A stretch of DNA of 64,000 bases from Callorhinchus milii (lineage: Eukaryota), in the NCBI RefSeq assembly GCF_018977255.1, contig NW_024704743.1, positions 74,836,001-74,900,000 of the forward strand. Reading direction: 5' to 3'. The notes beneath the pieces are model-generated. The model saw only the letters and a list, made by a program, of their open reading frames with translations. It was not told where the DNA came from and ran no database searches. Both the position numbers and the translations under genes were made by a program. Positions 47,936-62,251 of the stretch are shown here, in pieces (positions within the stretch are counted from its first letter, which is position 1; each line of letters starts with the position of its first letter).

Positions 47936-48894
47936 TAGATGTGTGTGTATAAGAGTTGGAGGAGGAGGACCACCCTTTTAAGATCTGTAAGATGGCCTTA
48001 AATGTGTGACAGTGACTGAAGAATAATTGTATATACTCTTCAGGTATAATTGTATATACTCTTCAGGTAGAGCATGTTAAATGATTGTTCCTGCTATAGA
48101 TGTCTTTGGGTGCTGTGAATTTGGAAATGAGGACTCAGCAACAGGTTAACATTGTACGGTACTTGTAATTTTAACTAAAAATAACTCAAATCAGGGAATT
48201 CTACACCTAATTGTGTTCAGTCTATACAACAGCTTTCTTAAATTTAATTAATAGTGTGAATGTAAAATAGGGCTTTTCTTTGAACACAGGATTCCTTGTG
48301 ACCTTGTTTTATCTTCAATTATTGCAGAGTGATTACTGGACCAAATCATCTGGAGTATTTGGGATCTTTACCATCAGTACTAAGATGTATTTTAAAATGT
48401 TTAAGCAGTGCAGACATCTGTGGACAGTATAAATCTGCCCAATATCTGAGTATATTGGAGAGTATTCATTTTATACACTATCTTCTCCCTTTTCTATGAT
48501 CTTTTTCCTATGGTCCTTTTTGAATTTGGCACTTTCACCTTATGTCCAATTGATTCTATCGATTTTTCAATATGGCTTCTAACTATTATATGATTATATT
48601 GCAACTAGGCTTCTTAAGAATGGGCTATATACAAAACCAGCACAGCAATGCTTATTAGCTATGTAGTAGTAATAATAATAATTGTTACATAATTGCAAAA
48701 TATTTGTTTTATTCACTGAGCCGTATTAATTCTAACTTTCTGTCTTATAGTGCATTTATTTGTTCACCAAAAGTTGCTAAATGTTGGATTTCATTTGAGA
48801 ATTTTTTTAATAGTAGAAATTTTAGCTTTTTCTGCATCCTGTGAATGTTTTCATGCTAGGATTTTTTTCTCATGCTGGATTTTTCCATGTGCTG

Positions 48895-49438
48895 GGAGTT
48901 TTGTAGCTCAGTGAATATAGCACTCGCCTTGCAAGTGAGAGACCTGGGTTTGATTCTTGATAGGGCGAAACCTTGGGCAAGTTTCTTTACTCCACACACC
49001 TGATAATAATCCCTCAAGAAAAAAAAACAATAATAAAATTGGTCACTTCGATCCATGACTGTTTGTGGGACACTGCTGTGCGCAATTGGCTGCTGGGTTT
49101 TGCCCAAAATATACAGTCAATTTTAATATTGCGCTTCCCAGACAAGGCGAAACGTTGGACAAGTTTCCACACTCCCCGTGCCTCTATTTACCTAGCACAA
49201 GTAGGAACCCGATTATTAGTCAATTGGTGGATCGCTTTTCCGGAGGTAATAAACCCTAAAAAAATAATAGATTGGTCACTCAATCCAAGTCTGTTTGTGG
49301 GACACTGCTGTGAGCAATTGGCTGCTGCCTTTTGCCCACAAAATATATAGTCCATTCACTTTACAGTATATTCTGTGAAGCGCTTTGAGATGTCTTGAAG
49401 ACGTGATAAGGCTCTATTATCAAATGCAATGATTATTA
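48895..49438 (+). mobile_element. Head-to-tail SINE dimer (short subtype plus 5'-truncated long subtype)
   Basis: The body motifs ggcgaaac.ttgg.caagtttc and gtttgtgggacactgctgtg each occur twice, with a single tail. Confidence 0.82.
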
Positions 49439-51329
49439 AATCTAGGTTATTAAATAAGCACAAGTTTCAATACTTGCTTTTAAATTCAATGTTGTCTTTG
49501 TCAGCAGTTCTTGATTATGTGTTAACTGCTTTAGTCAATGAATTTATTCTTCTATAACATAATCTTTTAGTTTTAAATTAGTCTTCATCCCAATGCTTTC
49601 TGACTAAAATGTCAAATTTGAAACCGTTTAAGCCTTTCCTGACGCTGCAAAATTAAATTTGGTGGATTGTTTTTCCATGGTAAAATGAAGCTTGCATTCT
49701 TTAAACACAGCATACTGGTTATGCACTTTGTTTTAGATGGCATGATCAATATAGCTAAGTGCATATTGTTAGAGCAAGTCACATAAGATGTTTTTAAGTG
49801 CATTGCATTGATCAACAGAATAGGCTTGCTTAATGCCTACGTTCTGTTTGATTTAGTTGCAAGTTATGTAATGTTAAAGCTTTAGTTGATAGAATATTAG
49901 TTGTCTAAATATTAAAAAACAGTGCAGATCTGAACTTGGTCAAAATTAATTACCAGAAATTTATAACTAACTCTACATGATTTAAGTGTACAGTTCTTTC
50001 CACCATCTATCCGTAAGAGTTGCAGCCTCAGTCCTAAGCTTTGTTTATTAACATGGTATGTAAAAAAATGAAATTGAGAAGCTCAAGTCTGCTGATGACA
50101 AATTGACCTGTTGAAAGGGTTTCTTTTCACAACTAAGCATGTAAGTGAGTGCAAAATGGAGATTTGCCAATGGAATCTTTTAAGTGTGTGTGCGTGCACA
50201 GAAAATAGTGTAGAACTACTATACGTTTGTGGAATAGGTATGTAGAACTAAGTGCACATTATTCCAATTTGAAAACAATACAGTACAGTACATTTGTTAG
50301 GCTTTGGAGTGTTTTAACTTTGATTAACTTTTTTTATTTGAGGATTTTTCTTGTGTGTAGCCTTGGTCAGATCAAATCTGCGTTATTTAGTGGCTATGAA
50401 TATTTTGTACTCCCAATTTTTTTAGGGGCATTTATAAAAAGTACCTTCACTGAATTAACTGGCAGAGGACTGACAACTCATCGCAAGTAAGTTAGTCTTC
50501 ATTTCAGTCATGCATGTTCATTCAGTTAGTTCAGGCATGTTTATACATTATAAAAAGATGCGGAACACCATTTGGGGTCTCTGTTGCCTTTGGGTCTTGT
50601 TTCGTTCCTTCCCTTTATACCTATACTGACCACTTTTTATTTAAAACATGCTCTCATTAATTCTCCCTTTCGTGCAGAAAGAAAACTGAAAGCTGGAAGT
50701 CTGAAATAAGTTTCAGATTCACCATAGAAGGAGGTTTATTCCATAGTTTACCAGTTTTTCTCCCATGTCTGAACAGTATACCAGTAAAACCACCCCTTCT
50801 GTTTTTGCTTTTAAAACGTTTCTGTGGATTACTGTGCTTACTCTTATTGTTTTGTGTTGGAATAAACTAAACCCTTGTTTGTTGCTCACAGAAAAAAAGT
50901 TCCAGGATGGTAGTTGTGCTGGCTTGACTTTTTTTCCAGTGCCTGTACTCAACAAGGCATAAGGATCAGAATAGCAAATGCAGCCAGTTTAAGCTTCTGT
51001 GTTAAATATTCAATTCTTAGTTATTGTAAATTCATACCCTTTCCCCAGGTAGCGCAGAGAATGTATTTTGGAGTAATTGGACATAGTGACTGGTGTTCTG
51101 AGCTGCATGTGTTTTTGTATTTGTGATTCAGTAACTTAGAAGTATGAGACAATTTATTATTTTCTGGAACTAAAAGAAACAAAGTTTCCCCCCCCCCCCC
51201 AACAGTTGTAGAGAAATTTTAAAGAATTAGATGAGCATTCACTTAACTGTTTATCATATGCCTTCAGAAATGATTTTGTAAAAGACTGCTTACAAAGAAT
51301 TTCCGTGTGGAAACGGGCCACTTGGTGTT

Positions 51330-52910
51330 TATACGCCACACAAATCTTCACCTGTTCCTTACTGCACTCCCGTATCCTTCTCTCCCATTTGAATGCATCT
51401 ATACTAACTGATTCAAGCACTGCTTCAGGCAGCGCGTTCCATAATCTAGTGAACAGTCGTGGTCCTAACACGGATCGCTGCCGAAAACCACTTCCTTTTG
51501 CCAGCCTGAGAAGATGCCCTTAACTCCTACCTTTTCCTTTCAGTTTTCCAATCATTCTTTAATCCATTCTGCTACCTCACCCACAAATTCACATTACCCT
51601 ATTTTAGTCATGGACCTCTTTTGTAGCATTTTATCAAAGGCCTTTTGGAAATCCAGATACACTACAGCCATTGCAGTTCCCTTGTCTACTTTATTGGATT
51701 TGATGAGGTTGGTCAAGCATGACCTCCTTTTATAAATTTGTGCTGACTGCTCTTAATTATATTCTCCTTCTACAGATAACTGGTTAAGTTCATCTTTTAT
51801 TCTAATAACTTTCCCAGACCTGATGTTAAGCTGACTTTTCTTTTAACTATCACTTGTTCACCTATCTCATCCAAATTGTCGGAGGCAAAAAAATTGCAGG
51901 GACAGCAGTCCTTTTCAGTATTTGGTGCTGCATAGGAGCAAAGTGTGTACATAGTTTTCTCTGAGCATGGCTGGTTGTGAGTGTGGATATTATAATCTTT
52001 ATATTTGATACGTTTAGACTAAACTAAATTTAGGTTTGTTCGATTATAATTTCAAAACCCCCAACATGTGCCTTGAACCCACAAACTGATTGAGAAGGGG
52101 ATGCTATCATCTGAGCTTGGCTGACGCTTGTTAACATATTTAGTATTTCACATAGTTTATCTTGGGATAGAATATTTATAGCCCAGTTATCAGACAAGAG
52201 AAGGGAAATAATCCAAATGCTGAGCTGCAGAAAGACAGTCGGGTAAGTAGATAGAAAGTGCCAAATGGAATTCAATGTAGTCAAATGCAAAGTAGTGTGT
52301 TTTGGGTGGAAGAGCAAATAAATGTGTGTCCTAAATTGTAATGACTTTGATACTGGAAACTAAAGAGCACAGGAACAAAAATACCGGAGGGCAAGTAAAC
52401 CGGTCCATTAAAACAGTAAATTAAATTCTAGATTTTATATATTATGGCAGTTGAATGCAGGAAGGCAAAATAATAAACTTGTTTGTTGGAGTTAGAGAAT
52501 TGTTCTATTTGGACACTGCATTAGAGAAAGGATATCATAGACTTGTGCTAGGAAGATAACCAGGGATGAAATGTTAGATCTGTGTGGAGAGGTAAAGGTG
52601 GGCTTTATAAAGCTTTAGCAGATAAGGTTAAGGAGAGGGTTCAAAATGATGACTGGCTTCAAATGGAGCTAAATTAGACTTTCAACTGAATTGATAACAA
52701 GGATATAAATTGAGGATCATCAACATTGGAATGTCTTAACAATGATTCTTGAAGCCAAGTCCTTAATGATATTTCAGTAGATTGGAAAATTACTTGAGTA
52801 AAATACTGAAGGAATGAGGAGGTGGGAAGGGGATGAGGTGGGGCTTGTTATCACCTTTATGGACCTGATAGGCTGAATGCTCCCATTCTGTAACCATTCT
52901 GTAATTTCTA
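51330..52910. mobile_element. Old CR1 fragments (51330-51840 minus; 52200-52910 plus)
   Basis: Antisense YLDFQKAFDK (ttatcaaaggccttttggaaatccagata); sense WQMEFNVVKCKV (ccaaatggaattcaatgtagtcaaatgc). Confidence 0.65.
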
Positions 52911-54609
52911 TGACACTTGAAAGTCATAGAGAGAGTTGATTTAATGAGACTTGCCTATACTCCATGTCAGACTAAACCTTCAAACGTTGTATAGACATGT
53001 TTAGGCTCTTAGTCACAATAAGAGTTGATTGTGCTTAAACCAGGGCAGATTAATTCCAGCTGCTACACCCCATCAACAATCTGTATAACACGTGCAAAGA
53101 ATGTCAGTTGTGAAGCGTCAGGTGTTGCTTGTACATGTGCAGAGCTGGAATTTTTTTGTTTACAGAAGCTAAATTATGGAAGCTTCTGGACAAGAATTGC
53201 TGGAACACCAATTGAACCTCATGAAAATATCTAAAAATGAAAATCAACACTTGCCTGACCAGTCTCGCTTTTTGAGATGATATCTCAAATTGACAATAAT
53301 TTTAGAAATGACAGATGTTAGGAAATTTCACACTTGAGTACTTGGGTTTGGAGTTGTGAAATGCCACTAGAAAGTGTTTTTTTTAGATTTTTTAGCTGGA
53401 AAGTAATATCTATAGCAAATCTATCTGCAGCTCTAGAGCAGACCATAACACATTTTGTTAAGGTCTTGTTAATAACCTTACTTTTTGTAAGGTTATTATG
53501 CTTAATTCGCCCACAAAATATACAGTCAATTCACTTTACAGTATATTCTGTGAAGCACTTTGAGATGCCTCAGTGTTGTCCAGTCTTCAAAATGAAGATT
53601 AGGTATTGGAAGGCTGGCAATCTCTGCATAACTATATCCCAAATTAAATCTCTGACTTCAGGAGCAGAACAGTGAGGAACGTGATTGGGGAGGGAGGCCA
53701 GAGGAAGAGGTCAGAGGCCAGAGGAAGGCTTCATTGCTTAGAAGTAGAGAAAGTATAACCCAAGATACACTTCAAGCAATCAGATGGCTTTAATGAATTG
53801 TGCCACTCTGGGTTGCTTGAAGTGTATCCTCGTAGTAAGTTACTGAATTTATCCTGGGGCAGTGGGAGATGGCTCCCAACTCATTAGAAAAAATGAGGAA
53901 TGTTTTCTCATAAGCAAAATATGTTGTAGGTTCCTGAATACAGAATGAAAGTTCACCAATTATTTTTTGACTTCCTACCTGTTAATCTTTGGTGTATGTT
54001 ATTTTTGCGTTTGTCATTGGATACCTTTGGAGCATCCTACTCGCTGGGTAATGCCTTGGTTAGCAAAGCTCTTGCAGATTGATAATCAAATCTTTTAATT
54101 TGTTGCATTTTCCCTGGCTATCTACTTATATTTAGCATGTTATTCTTAATTTTGCGTCAGTTTGTATTCATAGACTCATTTTTCAACTCAGGAGGAGGCC
54201 ATTAGGTCCATTGTGTCTATCCTTGCTGTAAGAGCATTCTGTTTAGTCCCCACTCCCCTGTCTTTTTCCCTCCAATCCAGTATACAACATTTACATTTAT
54301 ATAGCATTTTTCGCAGCGGGAGGTTGTCTCAAAGCGATTGTCAGTGCATCATGTAATTTGAGCGGGCGCTGGGCTGGTTGCTCCAGAGCGGGTGAGCCAT
54401 ACTAATGGCTTCCAGGAAGCGCCACAAGGTTGTTGAGTCAGGCATGCGAGTGCTTTCTCATTCTGCTACAAGAAATGTATTAGTACCTCATCACTTCACT
54501 TGTTGCCTTGTTTGAATAGCCTGTATAGAGATCATGTTGCATTAACTTTACAATATCTCTGCAGGATTATGATGTTATTTCTCTCTCTCCCTCCAGGTCT
54601 CGCATCAAA

Positions 54610-54677
54610 ATGAATATTATTAAGGAAAACAAGGACTTAGCCTGTTTTTATACAACAAAACACTCATGGAGAGGAAA
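54610..54677 (+). CDS. DNAJC13: DNAJC13 first coding exon (exon starts at 54597)
   Basis: ctccag|gtctcgcatcaaaATG...GGAAA|gtaagt; [23 protein letters not shown]. Confidence 0.97.
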
Positions 54678-57600
54678 GTAAGTATTCCTCCTTTATTAGA
54701 TCTTGATAGCGGTTTGGTGTAAATCATGAAGCAAAATTTTGTGTAGCTGTGGTTATTATTTACTTTTTTTGTAAAAATGGCCTCTTGATTTTTCAAGCAC
54801 TCTGCAAAAATCCTCTGTTGGTCTCAGAGTTGCCAGGGTTAAATGAGACAAATATTGCAAAGGTGCTATCCATGTCCTAGGAGAGCAAAAGGAAGACTGA
54901 ATTGCTGAATGGAATTGTCCACTCAGAATTTAAATTGGTCCTGAAAAATATGCAGGGCAAGTTCTAGGATTATTTCCTTCCTGAATATAGCTCTACTCAT
55001 TTGAAACTTTCATTGTGATAAGAATGGGAAGTGAAAAATGCTTGCTAAATGGCAGGATGACGCCTTAATGCTTTCATACTTTATTTTAGTTTAAGTTTAG
55101 GTTTAAGTGATGAAAGACTCAGCATGTACCTAAGATGAAAACATGATTCAATTGTGTGTTTGTGTGACAGGAAATTACTTCAGTTGGAGTTTGCAATTTT
55201 TATCCTCAAAACACTTTGTTTATTTTCTCATTTATAAAATAGAATGCACATACTGACTTATATAACCTGCCAGTCAATGCTAAATACATTAAAACATAGA
55301 CTGTTTTTTTTTAGTGAACAACTGCATGGCATCTCTTAAAACATAGTAGTCACTACAATTGTCCCAACAATATTGCTCATAGCCACAATAAGAATAATTG
55401 ACCACGTATAGTGGTGACACATGTACCATTTATCTCTTACATTCCCAAAATACTAGCTTTCAAGAAAAGATTCAGTGCTATTCTGCCGAGTCTCAAACTA
55501 CATTGAAGCAAGGTGCAATTGGCTTTGGGTGATGCATCCATCCTCAGGCAATCAAAAAATCTGGCAAAGTTAGATCTTCACCAAATTGATCCCATGCTGC
55601 CTGGAGTGTTAGCTCATTACCATTCTAGCTACAGTTTGGTGGGTGAACACCCTTCAGCTGCTATGCCCTTAACCTCTGGAACTCCCTTCCTCTACCCCTC
55701 AGTCTTGCCCATGCCCTTTATCCGACTTTAACTCTTGCCTTAAAAAAACACTACGGTCACCTTTTCTCTGCTATGCCTCTAGCCCCAGACCTGTGAAGCT
55801 CAGAAGTTTATCCTGAAGGGCACCATATAAACACAAGTGTTTTTGCTTTTCCATTGATGACTTTCTTTTATGAATGCTGATTTCTGCGGAAGTTGTAAAA
55901 ATGAATGTAACAACAACAACAAGCTTCATTTATAGAGCGCCTTTCATGTCGGGAGGAGGTCCCAGCAACTACCCAGCAGTTCAATCTCTGTAATGTGAAT
56001 CATTATTGTGCCTCTGTTAGGTTCATTTTCCATGTTATTTCATAAGTCAAATGGATACTGCAACATTTCACTTGGGTGGGGTAATCCTTTACAGATTGTG
56101 ACGTAAGTCTGCTTCCTTGTTCAAAGTACTATATAAACAATGCTAATTATAGAACCTAATGAGTTATAGTGTGGAGATTGTATTATGTACTTTCATACAA
56201 TAAAAATGCTTGATTACAGTACCGTATTGCAAACATGATGAGTTAGGCATTTATGAATATTTTGGGTTCTCTTGAATGAGACTGCCATATCTAGATGGTT
56301 TCATCTCTGAGCTGAATGGTATTTTCCATTTATTCTACCTTTTTCAAACTAATTGAAGTTTTTTCTGCTTTAAAATCTCATCTTTTCAAATTCTTGCTTG
56401 CATTTCATTTTTTTCCAGTTATTGTTCATTTTGGAAGGTGAGAGGGAATTTAAGATGATTGGTATTGTTTTGACTGTATGGTTCTCAAGGAGTGACAGAT
56501 TGTGACACCTTTTTGATTTTTTGTGTAAAAGAGTATATTGATCCATAAATAGCACCTTGGGCAGCACTTGATCTTTTTGTGTGCAGTTTGTATATATTCT
56601 TTAAAAACATGTGTGCTTTCAAAAAAAAAAAAAAATCCTTGTGAAATTAGTTCTGTTGGACCACGAGAGGGAGACTAGCACAGTTGTCGGTGCAAACAAA
56701 ACATTATTTACAACTATTTTGAATCCTCAAACTTATCTTCATTTCTCATATCTTGTTTTCTGAGGTGGTTTGTTTTCTTAGATGCTTTCCAGAGCTGTTT
56801 AAAAGGGAGATTGCTTGGGTGGGAGGGTGTCAGAAATTGTATGTAGACTAATTTTCATTGTGCCATTTGGAGCAGTAATATTATGAAATTCTTGGTTTCT
56901 GATCGTTTGGGAAATTCAGACAAGCAGCGGAGTACATAAGCAGAATTGAAATGTGCTTTCGCAAGCAGTCTTGAGCAGCTCTTCAACAGCTGTGTGGCAA
57001 ACTTCCTGTGCGAATTGATTGACATTATGGTTGGAAGAAAACATTGAGCTGAATCAGCTGATATTTGAGGATTGTAAACTTTCAGTATTGAAATGATTTA
57101 AGTTGATGGAATTGTGCAAACTATGTGTTAGTAAAATAACTAAAACTTGATTTAAGGCCACTTATTAATAAAATGTAAGGTTAAAAACAAATCTTGATTT
57201 TATTCTTTGTGTTGCTTAAAGTGACTGATTCTGCAGTTTTCCTGTGGATGAATGAATCTTGTCTGTCAAAGTAAATTTGTTTCTATTGGAAACGATAGAT
57301 TTTGTAAAATGTCTCTTCTGACATGTGTTCTGCTCAAAAAAATCAGATCTTCAAGTTCAGAATTAATATGCATTGACCCCAGATTTGCAACTTTCCAGCT
57401 AATGAAATATAATTTCTATATGTAGATCAACTCGTGGTCAGGCAGCCCTACCACAAGAGCTGGTTGCTGTCCAAATCTACTTTCTGGAACAGTGGATTTC
57501 AAAATCTTCACTCTGAGAATAAATTAATTCTTGTGTCAGTCCAAATTCCTTACAGGCCTCATTTTAAGATTGTGACTTCGACTACATATAGGTGAAGTTT

Positions 57601-58259
57601 GGAACAAATCTCGGTTTATTTTCATTTATCATAACCAGAGTAGAGGAATTGGGATGCAAAGAGTAGATTGTAAGGACTGTAAGGACTTTGACCTATGTTA
57701 ATTGAGAGAAGGGAACCAAGTACACTGGAATATGTTTGATCAGTATCATCACAGATAGCATTATGAGCTCGCCTCCAATGCCTGTTGAATTGGCTGGACA
57801 GTGGGTGCATTCCCATCTGGTGTCAGGAAAACAAAATTAGGCAAGCAGATTGCAAACAGCAAGAAATCAATTATGGTCAATTTGTTCCTGGCTACTGTGT
57901 GATCTGAATGAACCTGGAGCCTCACAGCCAAAAATTCAATTCAATTGCCTTGTTGCATGCTCCTCAGCAGCTCAAATTGTGATGAGGTGAATCTGTGTAC
58001 TGATACATTTCCCTACATGTGTAGATAAGTATAGAGATTAAGTAATTTTTAAAATTGGGATAAAAATTGATGATGCCGAATCCCACGTGTTCCAGTGCTG
58101 CTTTCAAGAAAGGCATCCTTTATTCCAGAGGACATACTAAGTTAAAGCATTCATCTGGCTTGTTCACCTAATCACTGACTTGGTTTGAAAAATTATTTAA
58201 CTTGAAGCTTCTTGTTTTTCACATCCATGTATTGAGATTAATGTTTGCTTTTGCCTTAG

Positions 58260-58335
58260 GTACAAACGTGTCTTCTCGATTGGTTCACATGCTGTAACCA
58301 CATACAATCCGAGTACCCTAGAAGTTACCAACCAG
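58260..58335 (+). CDS. DNAJC13: DNAJC13 coding exon 2
   Basis: ccttag|G TAC AAA CGT...CAG|gtaata; [25 protein letters not shown]. Confidence 0.97.
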
Positions 58336-58911
58336 GTAATAAACAACATTGTTGTCTTAATATTTTGATAAATACAATAAAACTTTGAAACAAATTGTTG
58401 CATTGCCTAAGAACTAATATTCATTGCATTAAGAAAATGTCTCCAGGAAGACTGACTTGATGGGCCAGTTGAGTTGTTGAGCTTCTATAAATTTTTCGGT
58501 CCTGAGTTTCTCTTTCCTTCTCCCTTGAAGGTAGACTCCTCCACTAGTTTGTTGTTCATGGGCACAAACACTCTTCACTGGCTTGTCCAAGTGGCAATAC
58601 ATCATTGTATCCTATTTAATCATAAAATGCTGGTTTCAGTAGAAATGATATTTCTGCATAAATAAGCTTAGATTTAACATATTCCAGATGTTTGCAAATT
58701 GTTTCCACTTTTCGTTCCCTTAATTTAGTTGTGCTTTTAACTGAAAGGAAATAGCAATTGCAATAAGTTGTACTGAAGTTCAGGAGGATTTGAATGTTTA
58801 TTCTGTTTACAAAACCACATGTTGCACAAGCTCTTGTCTTTAAGAACGACTTAACATTCCATAAAAAAGCCACAGAACATTTTGTAATTGAAGTAAACCT
58901 CTTTCTTATAG

Positions 58912-59061
58912 TGGCCTTATGGTGAGATATGTAGCATCGGGCCAGTTGGGAAAGGACAAGGCACTGAATTCAATTTAAGTTTTCGTAAAGGAAGTGGAAA
59001 GAAGTCTGAAACCCTAAAATTTTCTACAGAGCATAGAACAGAGTTGCTGACAGAGGCACTG
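58912..59061 (+). CDS. DNAJC13: DNAJC13 coding exon 3
   Basis: ttatag|...|gtaaga; [50 protein letters not shown]. Confidence 0.97.
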
Positions 59062-60670
59062 GTAAGATTTCAACTTTTTATCTAATACAGTATTTATCAA
59101 AGTGTGGGAAATCACTTCAATGTGTAGTAACTTACTGGTTGTAAACCAAATCAAATGGATTTGACTTAGCATTATTTATCTTGTGCATGTAATTGTCCAG
59201 CTAGTTTGATCAAATGATGAGCTGGACCTTTTCTCTGTTTCAGGTGTTCTGCTACTTAACTGCCTCAGTTCAGCATGTAAATTAACTGCTGTGTGTACAT
59301 GTGCTAGAGGATTAAAAAACTATTGCTTTGTGTCTGAGTCAAGGTCAGATTGGTGGGATGAAAAGTTCTGTTATCTGTTAGGCCGCTTGAAGTTCATGCA
59401 AATCATATTATGTACAAGTCCAATGTTCCCTGTACTTTGTTTTGGTTAGAAGTGTTTACACTTTTGGAAGTAATGGTTTTCAAGGCTTTTTAATTTGTTC
59501 CTTTAACTGGCATCAAACACTATAGTTGGGGGCAGACTTCTTGCTAAGTGTATAAATGTTTTTCTTAAATATACTTGTGAGGCTATTCAAATCTGAACCT
59601 TCATAGTTAATTAAATTCTGTTTGAGTGAGATAGTTTGGGAGTACAAATTCTGGTGAATTACCTCTCTCAAATCTTGAGATGCTATGACTAATTCTGCAA
59701 TATTTATTGGTACTATTGAGTTTGACTAATACAGAATTTGAAGTTTTCTAGTATATTCTGCACGTGAGGCCTTCTGGAGCAGTACATTATCACAATCTTC
59801 TCTGTAAAGAAATGTTTCTTCATTTCACTTTTAACTAGCTGTAAGCGTATGCCCCCCTTGAATTGGATCTGTCTATCAGTAATGCCAGTGAAGATCACAT
59901 TTACTTTTACAATTAGGTTCTCTGGTTTCCTTTGAAATTTAAGAGTGTAACTTCAAATGCATCTGCACGTGCACAATCGCACTGTTTGGATGAAACTAGA
60001 ATACATTGTGTGGTCATATTTGTCTGCTCTCCTCATTTTAAATGCTGCAATCAGATGACCCTTTAACCTCACTGATTCTGGGGAATATAAACCCAAATTC
60101 GGGTAGATTGCCCCCAAGTAATCATTGGAAAAATAAGCCTTCCGGTACTGTCAGCAAGTGGAAAAATGCATGGTGTCTGCAAACACCCTGAATTTCTTAC
60201 TATCTTTGCATGTCAGCATTATAACTCCCCCTTCCTACCCCATATAGTTTTTTGATGTCTAAAGTAAATAGCGGATTACTCTCATGGGCAATCTACATTG
60301 AAGTAATAGATTATGGAATGTTTTAATTTGTAAATTATTTTGCATGTTAAACTAGAACCTGCTTGCATTTGAACAAACTTCCCACATCAGCTGTGTAGAC
60401 AGTTGATTTCAAGAGGGACATGGTGAAGATTGTAAATTTGTAAACTGTAACATAGTTTTGTATAGTTGCAGTCTTGACTTAAGCTGATAGAAGAACACCA
60501 ACTTTTAAGAAAATAGGACTTCTCAATAAGCCTTTATTTTATGGGTTGTATATAGCAATTACAGTGATGGCATATACTAAACACTAATGTGCCATCTTTG
60601 ATGCAGATTTAACTTTTGCTGTTAAATGTTTTAAAATTTCTTGACTAGAGTATCTTATTTCCTTTTTTAG

Positions 60671-60712
60671 AGATTCAGGACAGAATTTTCAGAGGGTAAA
60701 ATCACTGGAAGG
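60671..60712 (+). CDS. DNAJC13: DNAJC13 coding exon 4
   Basis: ttttag|...|gtgagt; RFRTEFSEGKITGR. Confidence 0.96.
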
Positions 60713-61596
60713 GTGAGTTGCTAAAGATTTCCTCAGATTCCAAACCCTTAACCGGCTGACTTGTCAAGTTTTGCAACCGTTTCTTTGTTTATAGATTTGA
60801 GCTATGGCTTATCACTGAAAAGTACAGTTGACATTAGGTACCCCTTCACCATACTTAGACTCTATTTTTCGTTGGAGTTTATCTTGTATTTTAGTTTCTA
60901 GCTCACTGGATCTTTCCTGTTTGTGATTGAGAACATAACCTTACAATCTGCCTAAACTTCCTGAGTTTGAAAGGCTTCAATGGAAGTTATATTTGACCGT
61001 TGCAGATGAATAGCAATTGTTTTTGTTTTTTGTCGTGTGGAAGTCTGGTTCGTTGCATTTCATGTTTTAATGAATCTTAGTCCACATAGAAGATATGGTT
61101 TACAATTCATTACTCTGTTGCTAGTCTCGTACAAGACCCACATGATGGAATGGTATGTGAAATGAAAACTTCTTAGTTTGAGATTGAAGATAATTCATTG
61201 CATTACGCTTCTGACGGCAGATTCAGTCACTTCAGTAATGTGTAGGTGCTTTGGCTTCCTTTAAAATGTAAGTAACTTCACATATACAATGGTATTATTT
61301 TGGATGAAGCTAGAGTGCATTGTGTGGTCAGATAATCTAATCTAAAATGCATACATGTTGGTTTGAGAGGCAGTTGCATTCAACAACTTTTCGTAGTGTT
61401 TCATATAAGAAAAATTCTGCCCATTTCTTCCATCCTGGTATTTAATTTTGTTGTTGTTGATACCACACACAGCCTTTCTATGCCTCAATTGATTTGTAAT
61501 GTAAATGCAGCAGAGACTTGGTTACAATGCTGTAGTGTAGAAGGTATACTATATGTAGGGTGAGTTGACCCCAGATTCCATGGTAGCAAAATTAGT

Positions 61597-61890
61597 GGGA
61601 TCCTGTATCTCAGTGGTTAGAGCACTTGCAAGCGAGAGACCTGAGTTCGATTCTCAGCAGGGCAAACCTTGGGTAAGTTTCCTTACTCCACGCACCTGAT
61701 AATAATCCCTCAAGAAAAAAACAATTATAAATTGGTCACGTTAAACCATGACTGTTTGTGGGACACTGCTGTGCGCAATTAGCTGCCGCGTTTCACCCAC
61801 AACTATACAGTCACTTTACAGTATATTCTGTGAAGCGCTTTGAGACATCTAGAAGATGTGAAAAGCACTATATCAAATACAAGGATTATA
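61597..61890 (+). mobile_element. tRNA-derived SINE (short body, older tail)
   Basis: ggatcctgtatctcagtggttagagcac...gagttcgattctc head and the family tail. Confidence 0.85.
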
Positions 61891-62251
61891 TTGTTGAAAC
61901 CAGTACTGACATCCCTTTTTCTTCAATGCAAAAACGTCTCCCACAGATTAACTTTCACACTAGTCACTTGACTACACTTGAACAATTTAAATCCTGTTTC
62001 CACATCTTGTGTAAAACAAATTGCAAGACTTTGTACAAACACGAACCTTTTGGATGTATTAAAATTGCAGGTGTAATAGCTTTGCAATCCAGGTATAAAC
62101 ATTTTTACAGGTGATTGGGATTTCAGCAATCCAGACTGATATGTCTGCCTGGACCTTTAGGAAGAGAAAATATTGGTGAGATGTAAAATTTTTAAGGATC
62201 TGATAGAACTATGATCAGCATTATGAATACTATCTGTTTCACTTTTTTTAG

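Noticed and set aside
48023..48068. Perfect 23-bp tandem duplication
   Set aside because: Only two units and no spacer; an ordinary slippage duplication, not CRISPR-like.
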